Positions 12,051-22,307 of a stretch of DNA of 64,000 nucleotides are shown piece after piece. Below the pieces are notes generated by a model, which worked only from the letters and a program-made list of their open reading frames with translations, did not search any database and had not been told where the DNA came from. The translations under genes and the position numbers were made by a program. Location: NCBI GenBank assembly GCA_034226945.1, contig CP120462.1, forward strand, positions 806,001-870,000. Reading direction: 5' to 3'. The stretch's first letter is position 1, and each line of letters starts with the position of its first letter. The DNA is from Picochlorum sp. SENEW3. Its lineage: Eukaryota.

Positions 12051-13011
12051 ATGCCAGACAAGTCTAGTAATTCGATGCGGTACGTTGGGGGAAGAACAAA
12101 GGCAGCCGTCGGGTGAATGGGAGAACACGCGAATGGAAGAATGAGACATTTTTCTACAGAGGACCTCCATATCATACGTATGCTCTCGATTAAAGTGAAC
12201 AGAGAGAAGAGTAGCCTACTATAGTAGTGAGTGAGGAGTCTCTGTGGTGGCTCGTTCTTGATGTCCATGACTGCGTCGCCGGCGACTGCGCCGGAGATGT
12301 CCTTGTGGTTCCATTACGGCAGGATGCCTTTCCTAGTCTTTCCATACTATTATTATACGACTATTTCAGTAATGGAGCAGCGTATTGATGAATCGCTATC
12401 GCCTTGTGCAGGGATATCCGCGTGAGCAAGTTGGTGCTCAATATTGCCGTGGGAGAGTCTGGAGATCGTCTCCAAAAGGCTGCCAAGGTACGCGTGATTT
12501 TTTTAATTCTCCATCTCTTCTTTTTTCTTCCAGTTATAAATGCAGTCCTCACCTCAATCCTTACGATCATATACAGGTGTTGGAACAGCTCACCGGACAG
12601 CAGCCAATTTTTGGAAAGGCCAGATACACTGTCCGTCAGTGGGGTATCCGTCGTAATGAGAAGATTTCCTGCTGCGTCACCATCCGCGGAGAGAAGGCCA
12701 TGCAGCTCTTGGAAGCCGGACTCAAGGTGAAGGAGTATGAGCTTTTGAGAAGAAACTTCTCCTCATCAGGAAACTTTGGATTTGGTATTACAGAGCACAT
12801 TGATCTCGGCATCAAGTATGACCCATCCACAGGTATCTATGGTATGGACTTTTACGTCGTCTTGGACCGCCCAGGATACAGAGTGTCACAGCGCCGCTCT
12901 CGTAAGTCTCGCGTCGGTGTGCAGCATCGCGTGACAAAGGAGGATGCTCAGAAATGGTTTCAGACCAAGTTTGAGGGAGTCCTGTTGAACAAGGCACATG
13001 CTCAGTACTAG
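12051..13011 (+). CDS. RPL11: 60S ribosomal protein L11 (uL5), 3 exons
   Basis: [45 protein letters not shown]...[15 protein letters not shown]. Introns 12080-12411 and 12488-12576. Confidence 0.97.
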
Positions 13012-13187
13012 AACTCCTTCGATAGAGTAGGCTATATATAAATTAGAACGATAATGTTATTATTATTCACTATTACAATCTAATTGTGTGTAATAGAAGA
13101 TACATACATGCCTGTTTATTATTTTGGGAAAGAATTTTCTTCATGAATTCTCCCCATGGCTGAGTGGTCGCGAGGGATTTCTGAAGC

Positions 13188-14573
13188 ATGGCATGGCGAT
13201 GTTGCACACGCCGATATATTGGATATATAAGACAGCGGAGAGGGGATTCGAGTGTCTTGAGTGTTCGGTTTGGAGGGGATCAACAGCATGTCGAGTCGAC
13301 AATTCGGCATCCTGATGTGTCTGTGTCGGTGGTAAACGATGTATCAACACCATATAGTAATACAAAAAAAGGATGGAGAGGTTTTGTGAAGGAATGGCTT
13401 GGGTCGGTGTTTCTACCTGTTGGGTACCCTGAGGCTGTTGGGTCACCACGGTACTTGTCGTATGTGGGGTGGCAAGCATTGCATCATGCCTGTTCTTCTG
13501 CGAATGGGGCTCTTGCGTCTGCTTTTTTACTGTATTCGGCTGGTTTGGGGTCTGCAACGGCTCTTCCAGTTGCTGGCGCTTTTAACTGGATTTTAAAAGA
13601 TGGTCTTGGACAAGGTGCAACACTGATGGTGACGAGACTGGTGTCGAGAGATTTTGATTCATCGACGCGGTTGTGGTATGTGTTGGCGGCGTTGCAGTTG
13701 GATGTGGCGGTTGGTATGGAGATTATGACGTGGTCGTTGCCGCCATGGCTGTTTGTCCCCGTGGCTGCTTCAGCAAACTGCCTGAAAGGTTTAGCGTGGA
13801 TGACTGGAGGTTCGACACGGACAGCGTTTCATGTATCGTTTGCTCGTATGGGAAATATTGGTGATATAACTGCGAAGGCGACGTCGCAGACGATTTGTGC
13901 GTCTCTGGTGGGGACGTGGGGGGGATTGGCGATTGCAGCTGGCGTTCATCAGGATGTGATCTTGGCTGGGCTGGCGTGCGCATGTCTTTCTGGTGTGCAT
14001 ATATTTTCTTCGTATAAAAGTGCGATGTATGCACCGTTACGTACGCTTGATGCATTTCGTTTGAAGCGTATAGCTGAGAGTGTTGTGCGTGGTGAGAAGG
14101 AGATGCCCAGACCTGATGATGTCAAAGATGTCTTGTTTGTTCCTCCTGGGGACGAGCAGTGTCCTCAGTATAAAGTATCTATCGAGCATATTGCTCGATA
14201 TCATAGATTATATCTGTTAGAGTACGGCGATTTGTTTGCGGAGAAGAAGTATCTCGTGATTCCTCGACGGAATCAGAGGCCTTTGGTCTTGTTGCATGAG
14301 ACGTGTCGGATTCATGATTTTGTCGAGGCTGGTATTTGTGTGGTGCATTTGGGAGAGAAGAAGGATCAGATAAACAAAGATGTGTTTGGTGAAGAAGTGA
14401 TACGGAATTCGACGCGAGCTGAGAAGGATTTGGTGGCGGAGGAGGTGAGGGATTCCATCGCATGGGCGCACCACACGACCAAAGCGACGGTGGTTGCTCG
14501 GATGGAGCGCCTTGGATGGGATACGTCGACTGTTATGGAGACCTACATGGCTTCCGCAGCAGAATGGGGATGA
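13188..14573 (+). CDS. RUS (ROOT UVB SENSITIVE, DUF647) family protein
   Basis: FLPVGYPEAV..YL.Y..WQ, NWILKDGLGQ, SFARMGNIGDITAK..SQ. Confidence 0.88.
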   Translation: MAWRCCTRRYIGYIRQRRGDSSVLSVRFGGDQQHVESTIRHPDVSVSVVNDVSTPYSNTKKGWRGFVKEWLGSVFLPVGYPEAVGSPRYLSYVGWQALHHACSSANGALASAFLLYSAGLGSATALPVAGAFNWILKDGLGQGATLMVTRLVSRDFDSSTRLWYVLAALQLDVAVGMEIMTWSLPPWLFVPVAASANCLKGLAWMTGGSTRTAFHVSFARMGNIGDITAKATSQTICASLVGTWGGLAIAAGVHQDVILAGLACACLSGVHIFSSYKSAMYAPLRTLDAFRLKRIAESVVRGEKEMPRPDDVKDVLFVPPGDEQCPQYKVSIEHIARYHRLYLLEYGDLFAEKKYLVIPRRNQRPLVLLHETCRIHDFVEAGICVVHLGEKKDQINKDVFGEEVIRNSTRAEKDLVAEEVRDSIAWAHHTTKATVVARMERLGWDTSTVMETYMASAAEWG

Positions 14574-14656
14574 TGCATATATCATATTCTACGAGATGAA
14601 TGAATCGGTGGAGGAACGTATGTATGTGTTCTTACAATATATATATATGTGTGCTA

Positions 14657-15172
14657 CTATTCCTCTGGTGTCAGTGGCAAATCACCTTCATCTCTCACTC
14701 CCAGGGTCATCAATAAGCCCACGTCACTTACGGCGCCAATAATAGCCCCTGCAAATACAGCTCTTGCTGAGCCTTTGTAGATGGACAGGTTGTTCATTTG
14801 GTACCAGAATGCATTTGCTGTCGCCATCAAAAGGTAGAATACTGGCATCAAGAGTCCAATCATGCCATATCTCCATGTATTCACGCCACCCGACGATACA
14901 ACAACAAACGCAACTATAGCAATAGCGATTTGATAGAATGTAATGAACCATGTAAAGCTAAAATACGTATCACATGGACCAGGTGATAGGTATCCTTGAG
15001 TCAAGGTATCAATGTAGTCCACCACAGTGCTGCCATCAGCCAGCAAAAAGTCCTGCCTGGTCGCCCCGCATTTATTTTGCGATGCGGCGATACCGCCCAA
15101 CAATATGAATCCGGCTGCAAGTCCCAAGGTGGAAAACAAAAAGGCAATGCCTCTAGGTGGCGAACGAGGCAT
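14657..15172 (-). CDS. 4-TM membrane protein, LCI1-like paralog A
   Basis: About 171 aa with four hydrophobic helices. Motifs GIAASQNKC, CDTYFSFTWFITFY, WRYGMIGL, ARAVFAGAII, LG.RDE are shared with the two neighbours. Confidence 0.7.
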   Translation of the reverse strand: MPRSPPRGIAFLFSTLGLAAGFILLGGIAASQNKCGATRQDFLLADGSTVVDYIDTLTQGYLSPGPCDTYFSFTWFITFYQIAIAIVAFVVVSSGGVNTWRYGMIGLLMPVFYLLMATANAFWYQMNNLSIYKGSARAVFAGAIIGAVSDVGLLMTLGVRDEGDLPLTPEE

Positions 15173-15503
15173 CTCGAGGTGCGTGCTTCCCTGTTGAGTT
15201 TTGATAGCGCTGCTTGTCTTCACGGCACACGTGCAGGCAATTGAGTTGGAGAATATACAATGTCCCAGATATTTTGAACAGCTTACAATACGTTTCGAGG
15301 CCATCAGAGTCCACGTTTGATACGGTTTCGCCAGAGGCATGCGTCGATATTCTTGGAAATTGTCTTGGACGAACCAAGCACGAATGCTGACACTGTGCTG
15401 GCTCTGCAAACGTGGACACCGCACCATATAGGACGAGGTTTTTAAAAACTCAGTCTAGTTTACTTTGTGTTTCTGAGATTGGGTGGTGACAAGAAGAGTT
15501 GAA

Positions 15504-16097
15504 ATGGGAATGCTCAAGCACGACATCATCCCATACCTGTTGATATCGTGGGGTCTCGCAGTCTTTGGTTGGATTCTGATTCTCTCTGGGGTCGCAAGTT
15601 TGCAGCAAAATTGCACATCTGGACCAAATGGGTATGCTGTAAATATCAGACAGTTGGCTGGATATTTGGGTATAGCCTCATGCTCCAAGGTTTATGCATA
15701 CACTTGGTTCATCACATTTTATGCCTTTTTCATGTTGGTGCTGACTCCGATACTCGTCGTTACTGGCAAACTGAGTAAATTCAGGGCCGGTTTCATCGGA
15801 CTGCTCGCCCCTTTGATCATGCTCTTGGGAGATATGTCGAGTACTTTCATCTACTACACAGACTTGGACTTCAATTCAACTGCTGTGGCAAGAGCTAGAA
15901 CAACCACTGCGGGAGCCGTCATTACATCAATAGGGGCGTATTTAGTTCTCATATGCTCTGGTATTGTAGACGAGGACAAAGAGAAGAGCGAAAAATCCGG
16001 ACAGCCCACTGGAGCAGTCTACGGAGGTCGCTATGGAGTGATGCCTGACGACGACCAACCCCCGGGGTATTTCAAAAACTATACTGAAAAATCCTGA
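15504..16097 (+). CDS. 4-TM membrane protein, LCI1-like paralog B
   Basis: GVASLQQNC, CSKVYAYTWFITFY, FRAGFIGL, RARTTTAGAVI, SGIVDE. Confidence 0.7.
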   Translation: MGMLKHDIIPYLLISWGLAVFGWILILSGVASLQQNCTSGPNGYAVNIRQLAGYLGIASCSKVYAYTWFITFYAFFMLVLTPILVVTGKLSKFRAGFIGLLAPLIMLLGDMSSTFIYYTDLDFNSTAVARARTTTAGAVITSIGAYLVLICSGIVDEDKEKSEKSGQPTGAVYGGRYGVMPDDDQPPGYFKNYTEKS

Positions 16098-16515
16098 GGG
16101 CAACTATGTACATGTATATATGTATACCGTTCGATGGAGTGTAATACAATGTCTTGAAGACTGATGAATGCCTGTCAAAGTAGAATACAACTACTACTAT
16201 GATACTATGGTGATGATGACTCGCATCGATGCATCCAAGAAACTCCCCAAGAAAGTCTCACAATCCTATGGAATGGCATTCGGCAGAGAGTCATTCCCGC
16301 AGAATGCTACAGAGCAAAACTCACTTGATTTCACTTTGGAGAAATTCAAAACAGGCATTCGTCGTCATACGAACAGCACCAGCAGACGAATATTACTGCA
16401 GTCACAGACACACAGCAAGGTGAGCGACGAGACTACTGCCTGCTGCTGCGTCAGACGGATATTTACATCGCATCGACGTTCGGTTTATACCATCTAGAGA
16501 CCTCGTTCCTTCAAA

Positions 16516-17082
16516 ATGAAGAATGCGAAAACATTTGTCGCGACGACAGGGGCTTGGGGATCAATATGTCTTGATCTCATGGCATGGGTTCTCCTCTTGA
16601 GTGGAACGTCAGCCATGCAGGCATCATGCGGAGGCACAAATGTCCAAAGCGTGGGGGGACTGGCAGGATACAACGCACCAATCTCCTGTGATCATTTCTT
16701 TGGATACACCTGGTGGATTACGTTTTATAATCTGGGCTTTGTGCTCGCGGCCATAGGTACCATGGCTACTGGAAACGTATCTCGATTTAGGCCAGGATTA
16801 ATTGGCTTGGGAGCCATTGCAGCGATGCAGGCCATGGTCTGTGCGAATACATTCCTCAGTCTGAATCAACTCAACATAGATAGTGAAACGTTCAAGACAA
16901 GAGCTCGTGTTACCGTTGCTGGTGCAGTCATCAAGTCTATTGCTACGCTGCTCTTCCTCATTTTTGCAGGCATGAGGGATGAAAAGGACACGTGGGTGGA
17001 AGAAACAACGCAGCCAGCAAAGAAGGAGAAGGGCCCTCTCGGTCCTCCAGCATCGCAGAATCCATTACAAGGTGATGAGTAG
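16516..17082 (+). CDS. 4-TM membrane protein, LCI1-like paralog C
   Basis: GTSAMQASC, CDHFFGYTWWITFY, SRFRPGLIGL, RARVTVAGAVI, AGMRDE. Confidence 0.7.
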   Translation: MKNAKTFVATTGAWGSICLDLMAWVLLLSGTSAMQASCGGTNVQSVGGLAGYNAPISCDHFFGYTWWITFYNLGFVLAAIGTMATGNVSRFRPGLIGLGAIAAMQAMVCANTFLSLNQLNIDSETFKTRARVTVAGAVIKSIATLLFLIFAGMRDEKDTWVEETTQPAKKEKGPLGPPASQNPLQGDE

Positions 17083-17211
17083 AAGATGATGCAGGATCAC
17101 GATACAACAACAAGTTTAAACATAGCAGCAAGAATAATGCTCATATGTGCGAGTGATTGGGTTTCATAATAACAAGTTTGTGTAAGAGCACACACCAGTG
17201 TCTGTTTTTAT

Positions 17212-18930
17212 TCATGTAGCCTTTGGAAATCGAGGTGTAACGATATCATACACCTCTTCAGCATACCCCTTCTTTGCATGAGGCACTTCAGAACGCAACG
17301 AGAAACGAAGTCCACCAAAGTACGGGTCTTTTGGATTGGCAGGAGGCGCATATGGGGGCATATACATGGCAACATCACACCAATTTCTTTGCGCAAGGAG
17401 CTTCTCTGTTGGGTTGTGATACTGACCAAACGCCTTCATCATCTTCTGCTTACTCTTGGCATCGATTACTTTGGAAAAGTTTGTACGCGTCAACGTCGAC
17501 ACGACACCAGAGGGAGGAGGTGAGTTCATGATGGCAGAGCAGATAACTTGATACATGAACAATGGATCCTTTTCCTTCTGAGGACGTGGCTTTGCCCTCG
17601 AGTACACTTCACCAAAGCCTCCAACATGGGCATCGCCAGAGAGAATGGTAACTCGATACTGCTTCTTTGCTGCAGACTTTTGAAGCAACTGTACAAACTT
17701 TTGTTTCTCATATGCATGCACAGAGGCAGCCCATCCATCCAGTAAATCATCCAGAATCTCAGGTTGCTCAAATCTGTCCAAGATGCCAGCCGATTTTCCC
17801 ATGGCTCGAAGGCACGTACTTTTCTTAAACAGCGCCTTCATTCCGGTTAGGATACTCTCACTCAGTGGGATACTGGGAAACACCACCGGGACACCGCTCA
17901 ATGCCACCATATGCTCTACATCATCTGGCATAGAGTCCAATGCCTTTTCAATCAACCCATATGTCTTATCCGGTAAAATCTTTTCCTTTGATCTCTTCGA
18001 CCTCATATCCATGCATAATAAAGCAATCTGGGGACCCATAAATTTCACGCTATGAAATCCCTCAGCCTCCTCTAGAAATTCCCCAGACTTTCGAGCAAAC
18101 TCTTCCGTTGCCTGCAACTGAAACAAGAGATAGAATCTCTTTGCAACCTTGAACAGTCCCTGGAAGAACTCACACTTCTGCAACTTTGGACTATATGATC
18201 CAAACCCATCCCAAATGTCATGATCATCCCAAATCATAATTCCAGGAATGCATGCATATGCTGTAGAGACATGTTCCATCGTGAACGATTCCAAGTAATT
18301 CTTCAGATAAAATTCAGTCGCAGCGTCTTCATGCGCACTCGTCCATTTCGCATCAATTTTATCTGAAAGTCGAGGCATTTCACCCCATTCTTCAAACAAG
18401 TCTACTTTCCACACAGGGTCAGAGTACACCTGATCCCCTCCTCCAACCAATGCATGCAATGGAAACGCATCATGCACCTGCAACATGTCTCTCCACAAAT
18501 ACGTTGGATCCTCCCTAGAATAATGATCTTGTGCAATACTCCCACTGATCCCGTTGCAACTTGTATACCCCCAATGGAAAGGCTGCCCTTTTGCCTGCAA
18601 CCAAAACGTTGCAGAGGATGATGCCCCCTTCTCCGTCGTCACCACATACTGCACCGCTCTTTGCCTCTCAGACAGCATGCGCGTAAAATCAAACCTCCAA
18701 AAAGACCACCCAAGCACCGTATCCAGCCGTGTGGGGGCTCCCACACGAATCGTTCCATCCTTCCCTTTCCCTGGCTCGTCAGGACCATCCACGTCCCGCA
18801 ACACCATAGAAGGCTCCTCTCCCTTTGTCAAATATAAGACTGAACCAGACCATTCATAGTCCACCCCCTTGGGAAGGCAGTTTGTAAACTTGAGAAACGG
18901 ACCAGCCGTATCCTTTGTATATTCTCCCAT
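17212..18930 (-). CDS. PhoD-like metallophosphatase (no signal peptide)
   Basis: YTSCNG, GGGDQVYSD, WDDHDIWDGFGS, DMRS.R, LSGDAHVG. Confidence 0.85.
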   Translation of the reverse strand: MGEYTKDTAGPFLKFTNCLPKGVDYEWSGSVLYLTKGEEPSMVLRDVDGPDEPGKGKDGTIRVGAPTRLDTVLGWSFWRFDFTRMLSERQRAVQYVVTTEKGASSSATFWLQAKGQPFHWGYTSCNGISGSIAQDHYSREDPTYLWRDMLQVHDAFPLHALVGGGDQVYSDPVWKVDLFEEWGEMPRLSDKIDAKWTSAHEDAATEFYLKNYLESFTMEHVSTAYACIPGIMIWDDHDIWDGFGSYSPKLQKCEFFQGLFKVAKRFYLLFQLQATEEFARKSGEFLEEAEGFHSVKFMGPQIALLCMDMRSKRSKEKILPDKTYGLIEKALDSMPDDVEHMVALSGVPVVFPSIPLSESILTGMKALFKKSTCLRAMGKSAGILDRFEQPEILDDLLDGWAASVHAYEKQKFVQLLQKSAAKKQYRVTILSGDAHVGGFGEVYSRAKPRPQKEKDPLFMYQVICSAIMNSPPPSGVVSTLTRTNFSKVIDAKSKQKMMKAFGQYHNPTEKLLAQRNWCDVAMYMPPYAPPANPKDPYFGGLRFSLRSEVPHAKKGYAEEVYDIVTPRFPKAT

Positions 18931-19377
18931 GAGACACCCAAATACTGATTATTTCCTATATGAAGAACACATTTTGAGAGTAATCGAGACAATAGGATGT
19001 ATGAAAGAAGGAAAGATCGCAGACACGGTTCAGTCGTGGAATTCGATCCGTGACCGTGCTCGGTCGACTAAAAACCATATCCAAAGCAATCACCCTATCC
19101 AAAACATACCTGATGATTCAACTATGTATAGAACTGCTACGGTATCGAGGTAGACGACAAGATTCGTACGAAAGAACCATCACACGAGCAATACGGTATT
19201 TCTTGTCCCATCAAATAAACTGTTCAATGGGAGAATTGCTTTGGTCTAAGAGCAATCGTTCGACTACCATTGTTCGTCTGATCCAATATGGGAGCTTACA
19301 TAGAGAGCCCTGGATTGATCATAAATATACGTATAGTTGTAGTACCCAGTGGAGGATAGCGCCAAGAGACGTACGTG

Positions 19378-20409
19378 ATGAGGCTCTCGACGTTTCCAAA
19401 GAGTCTCGTGGAACAGATCAGGACAGCTGTTGCTGGCACGTATAACAAGGGTTTGGACCCTTGCAGCGATACCAATGGATTGATATCGAGTATGATATCT
19501 CGGATGGGGTACTCGACACTGCCCAATCCGGCACCAAACTTGCACAGTCAACTGGAACCTCTTGGTCAGGAGAATGAAGGGATTTTCCTCCTGACACTGA
19601 ATCGGCCCGAGGAGAGGAATAGTATAGGGAAGCAGATGCTTCGGGAGTTGCGGGAGTGCTTGGATCACTTGGCAAGCGAGAGTGTCTCGACAGGGTGTGT
19701 GGTGGTGCGCTCCTGTGTGAATGGGGTATTTTGCCCGGGGATTGATTTCAATGAGAGAGAGAACATGACAATGAGGGAGTACGATGAGTATACCAGAGAT
19801 TTACGGAGTGCTATTACGACGCTTGAGAGCCTTCCCATGCCAACCATTGCAGCGATTGATGGGTATGCTTTGGGGTCTGGAGTAGAGCTTGCGTTGGCGT
19901 GTGATCTGAGGATTGGGGGCCAGAATGCGAAATTTGCCTTTCCAGAGGCTCGATTAGGATTGATACCGAATTGTGGAGGGACGCAGAGGCTGTCGAGGCT
20001 TATAGGTCGGTCACGAGCAAAGCTCATGGTCTTGTCTGGAAGGGGTGTGTGTGCTTCAGAAGCCAAGGAGATTGGACTATTGGACGTGGAGGTGCGTCCA
20101 GATGATATGAAAGAAGATACAAGCAATAAACAGAGCACAAAGACGACGGACGTGGATGGTGATGATGAATGTCAGGAAGACGACCAGGTGATGATGGAGG
20201 CATTGAGTATTGCCAGACAGATCAGCTCCTCTGCCCCATTAGCTCTCCGTGCCATCAAATTAGCCATCAATCTGGGGTCAGAAACAGAACTCTCCACAGC
20301 CCTCAAGATTGAGGAAGCGTGTTATGAGAGCATCAAGCATAGCAGGGACAGAGATGAAGGATTCCATGCTTTTGCCGAGAAAAGGCATCCGTACTTTAAA
20401 GGAGAATAA
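19378..20409 (+). CDS. Enoyl-CoA hydratase / methylglutaconyl-CoA hydratase-like (crotonase family)
   Basis: LTLNRPE.RNSIG, PTIAAIDGYALGSGVELALACDLR, PEARLGLIP..GGTQRL.RLIG, AFAEKR.P.FKGE. The 5' end is uncertain. Confidence 0.88.
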   Translation: MRLSTFPKSLVEQIRTAVAGTYNKGLDPCSDTNGLISSMISRMGYSTLPNPAPNLHSQLEPLGQENEGIFLLTLNRPEERNSIGKQMLRELRECLDHLASESVSTGCVVVRSCVNGVFCPGIDFNERENMTMREYDEYTRDLRSAITTLESLPMPTIAAIDGYALGSGVELALACDLRIGGQNAKFAFPEARLGLIPNCGGTQRLSRLIGRSRAKLMVLSGRGVCASEAKEIGLLDVEVRPDDMKEDTSNKQSTKTTDVDGDDECQEDDQVMMEALSIARQISSSAPLALRAIKLAINLGSETELSTALKIEEACYESIKHSRDRDEGFHAFAEKRHPYFKGE

Positions 20410-20469
20410 TCGCTCATTTTTATTTCATAAAAGTAATATACTGTATATTAAATAAAGGAGAATTGCGTC

Positions 20470-20901
20470 ATGTTTGCGTGGGGAAAGAAGAAGAAGCAAG
20501 GGGACGACCAGGGGTGTGTGCGACCTGTTTCTTTCGTCTGTGACGTGACATGAACGCGATGAGAATGAGTAACTACCCATTAATACAATTATGTGTGTAG
20601 AAATAGTTCTGAAAGGAATGCTGCGGAGAAAACGGAGGGTTCATCTGCACATACAAAAGGTTCTTGCTGTCAGCAGACTGGTGGGTCTTCGACGGCCAAC
20701 GTAGAGCAGCAGCCGGTCGTCTCAGTGTTTGAGTTCTTTACGAGTGGTGAGGGGAACACAAAGGCCAAATCGAAAGGAGGTGAGTCGAGACGAGGAATTT
20801 CAATGTTGGGCAATTGTCAGGTAGTTGAGGGAGGGTTACCAGCATGTGTGTGGCAACCTCACAGTAGCAGTCATGATACTCAGCATAAGATTGTTTTCTA
20901 A
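20470..20901 (+). CDS. Small hypothetical protein, 2 exons
   Basis: MFAWGKKKKQGDDQG joined in frame across a GT-AG intron (about 20514-20600) to the ORF ending at 20901. Confidence 0.5.
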
Positions 20902-21007
20902 ATTTCAGTTTTCTATAATAGTATCATAATGTGTGTGTATAAACAATGATAGATAGATAGATAGATATATACATGGCTATGCACCCATATGGGTAAAGGA
21001 ATCACTA

Positions 21008-22075
21008 CTAACTGGATTCTGCCTTGATCTGCGAAGCCTTGATCTGTTGATACCAATAGAAGGCCGCAATTGACACACCGTATCCAAATATTTGAACCGT
21101 AGATATACTCTCACGAAGCAACACAACCCCAAGGATGACGACAATGGCATTCTTGACGGTACCAATCACTTTGAGCGTCAGTGATGATGCTGACTGAATG
21201 ACAATATATGCCAACAGGTTGACTCCAAATCCCATCGCCGCTGCTGCTAGAAACTTCAATTTGTGGGATAAGATCACAATCAAAACGTTATTTTCCACCA
21301 TTTTGGGAATCTCTGTCATGGCACTCCCGATGGCAAGCCAAAAAGCTGTTGCTGGTGCAAGGTACATCAGGCCCTCAAAGGGATGGAACTTCCTCCCAGT
21401 CAAAAGATATTGGGTCATCACCAGCCGAACAGCTTCGGAACATTCTGCCCCAAACATGATGATGAGACCAATAATGGATGCATCAATCGCTCCAATGGAT
21501 GCCACAGCAGTCCCCAAGGCTATCAGAATGACTGAAATAATCATCTTTTGGGTCGGAGATTCTAATCCGGAAAGAAACAATGCAATCATCGTGATCACGG
21601 GTGTCATACACTTTAGCATTTGAATTAAAGAAACCGACAGGTAGAGGTATACAAGGTTGCCCAGCCACAGCGTCATGGCTCCCAGGAATCCAACAGGCAT
21701 GATATTTTTCAAATAAAACTCCTTGGACACAATCTTACCCTGATCCACGATGCCGTACTGCCAGCATACAATCTGACTTGCCACACCCGAAAATATCATA
21801 CCGAGACCAGAGAGGGCCATGGGATATGGAAATCCGTGCGATAACAAATCCTTGTTCAGCATGATCAGGCCCCCACTAAAACACATCCAGAGAAGACTGG
21901 ACACGCAGGCCACCGCCAGCCTCGACATCCCAAACACTGTGAATGTGTGGCGAGGGGTCTTTGGAGTCTTCGGTGTTGTCGTGAATCGAGGGGTCCCGTC
22001 AGTCGAGGGAGCGTCCCTCGGTTTGTCTCCATCCAACAAGTGAGACCGAGAAGAATCCTGCCGTGATATACTCAT
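21008..22075 (-). CDS. Nucleotide-sugar / triose-phosphate transporter family (TPT, SLC35)
   Basis: LNKDLL..GFPYPMAL, LWLGN.VYLYLSVSLIQMLK..TPV, EA.RLVMTQ, SSLTLKVIGTVKN. Confidence 0.88.
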   Translation of the reverse strand: MSISRQDSSRSHLLDGDKPRDAPSTDGTPRFTTTPKTPKTPRHTFTVFGMSRLAVACVSSLLWMCFSGGLIMLNKDLLSHGFPYPMALSGLGMIFSGVASQIVCWQYGIVDQGKIVSKEFYLKNIMPVGFLGAMTLWLGNLVYLYLSVSLIQMLKCMTPVITMIALFLSGLESPTQKMIISVILIALGTAVASIGAIDASIIGLIIMFGAECSEAVRLVMTQYLLTGRKFHPFEGLMYLAPATAFWLAIGSAMTEIPKMVENNVLIVILSHKLKFLAAAAMGFGVNLLAYIVIQSASSLTLKVIGTVKNAIVVILGVVLLRESISTVQIFGYGVSIAAFYWYQQIKASQIKAESS

Positions 22076-22307
22076 ATTTTCATAATACTTGTTATTCTTA
22101 TGAAAAGATTTCACAGACACTCGAGCGTGAGCAACCGATCGATGAACTGACCGGCTTGAAAACTCTCTTCTCAATGACAACAACAACGTCGCCTCTTTTC
22201 TCTTGAATGATCACTGCGTTTGTTATTATTATTCTTCTTCTCTATGTATCATAAATCATTTATATAATTCTACGGTCACATATATTCTGCTGTATTATCA
22301 TCATGAA

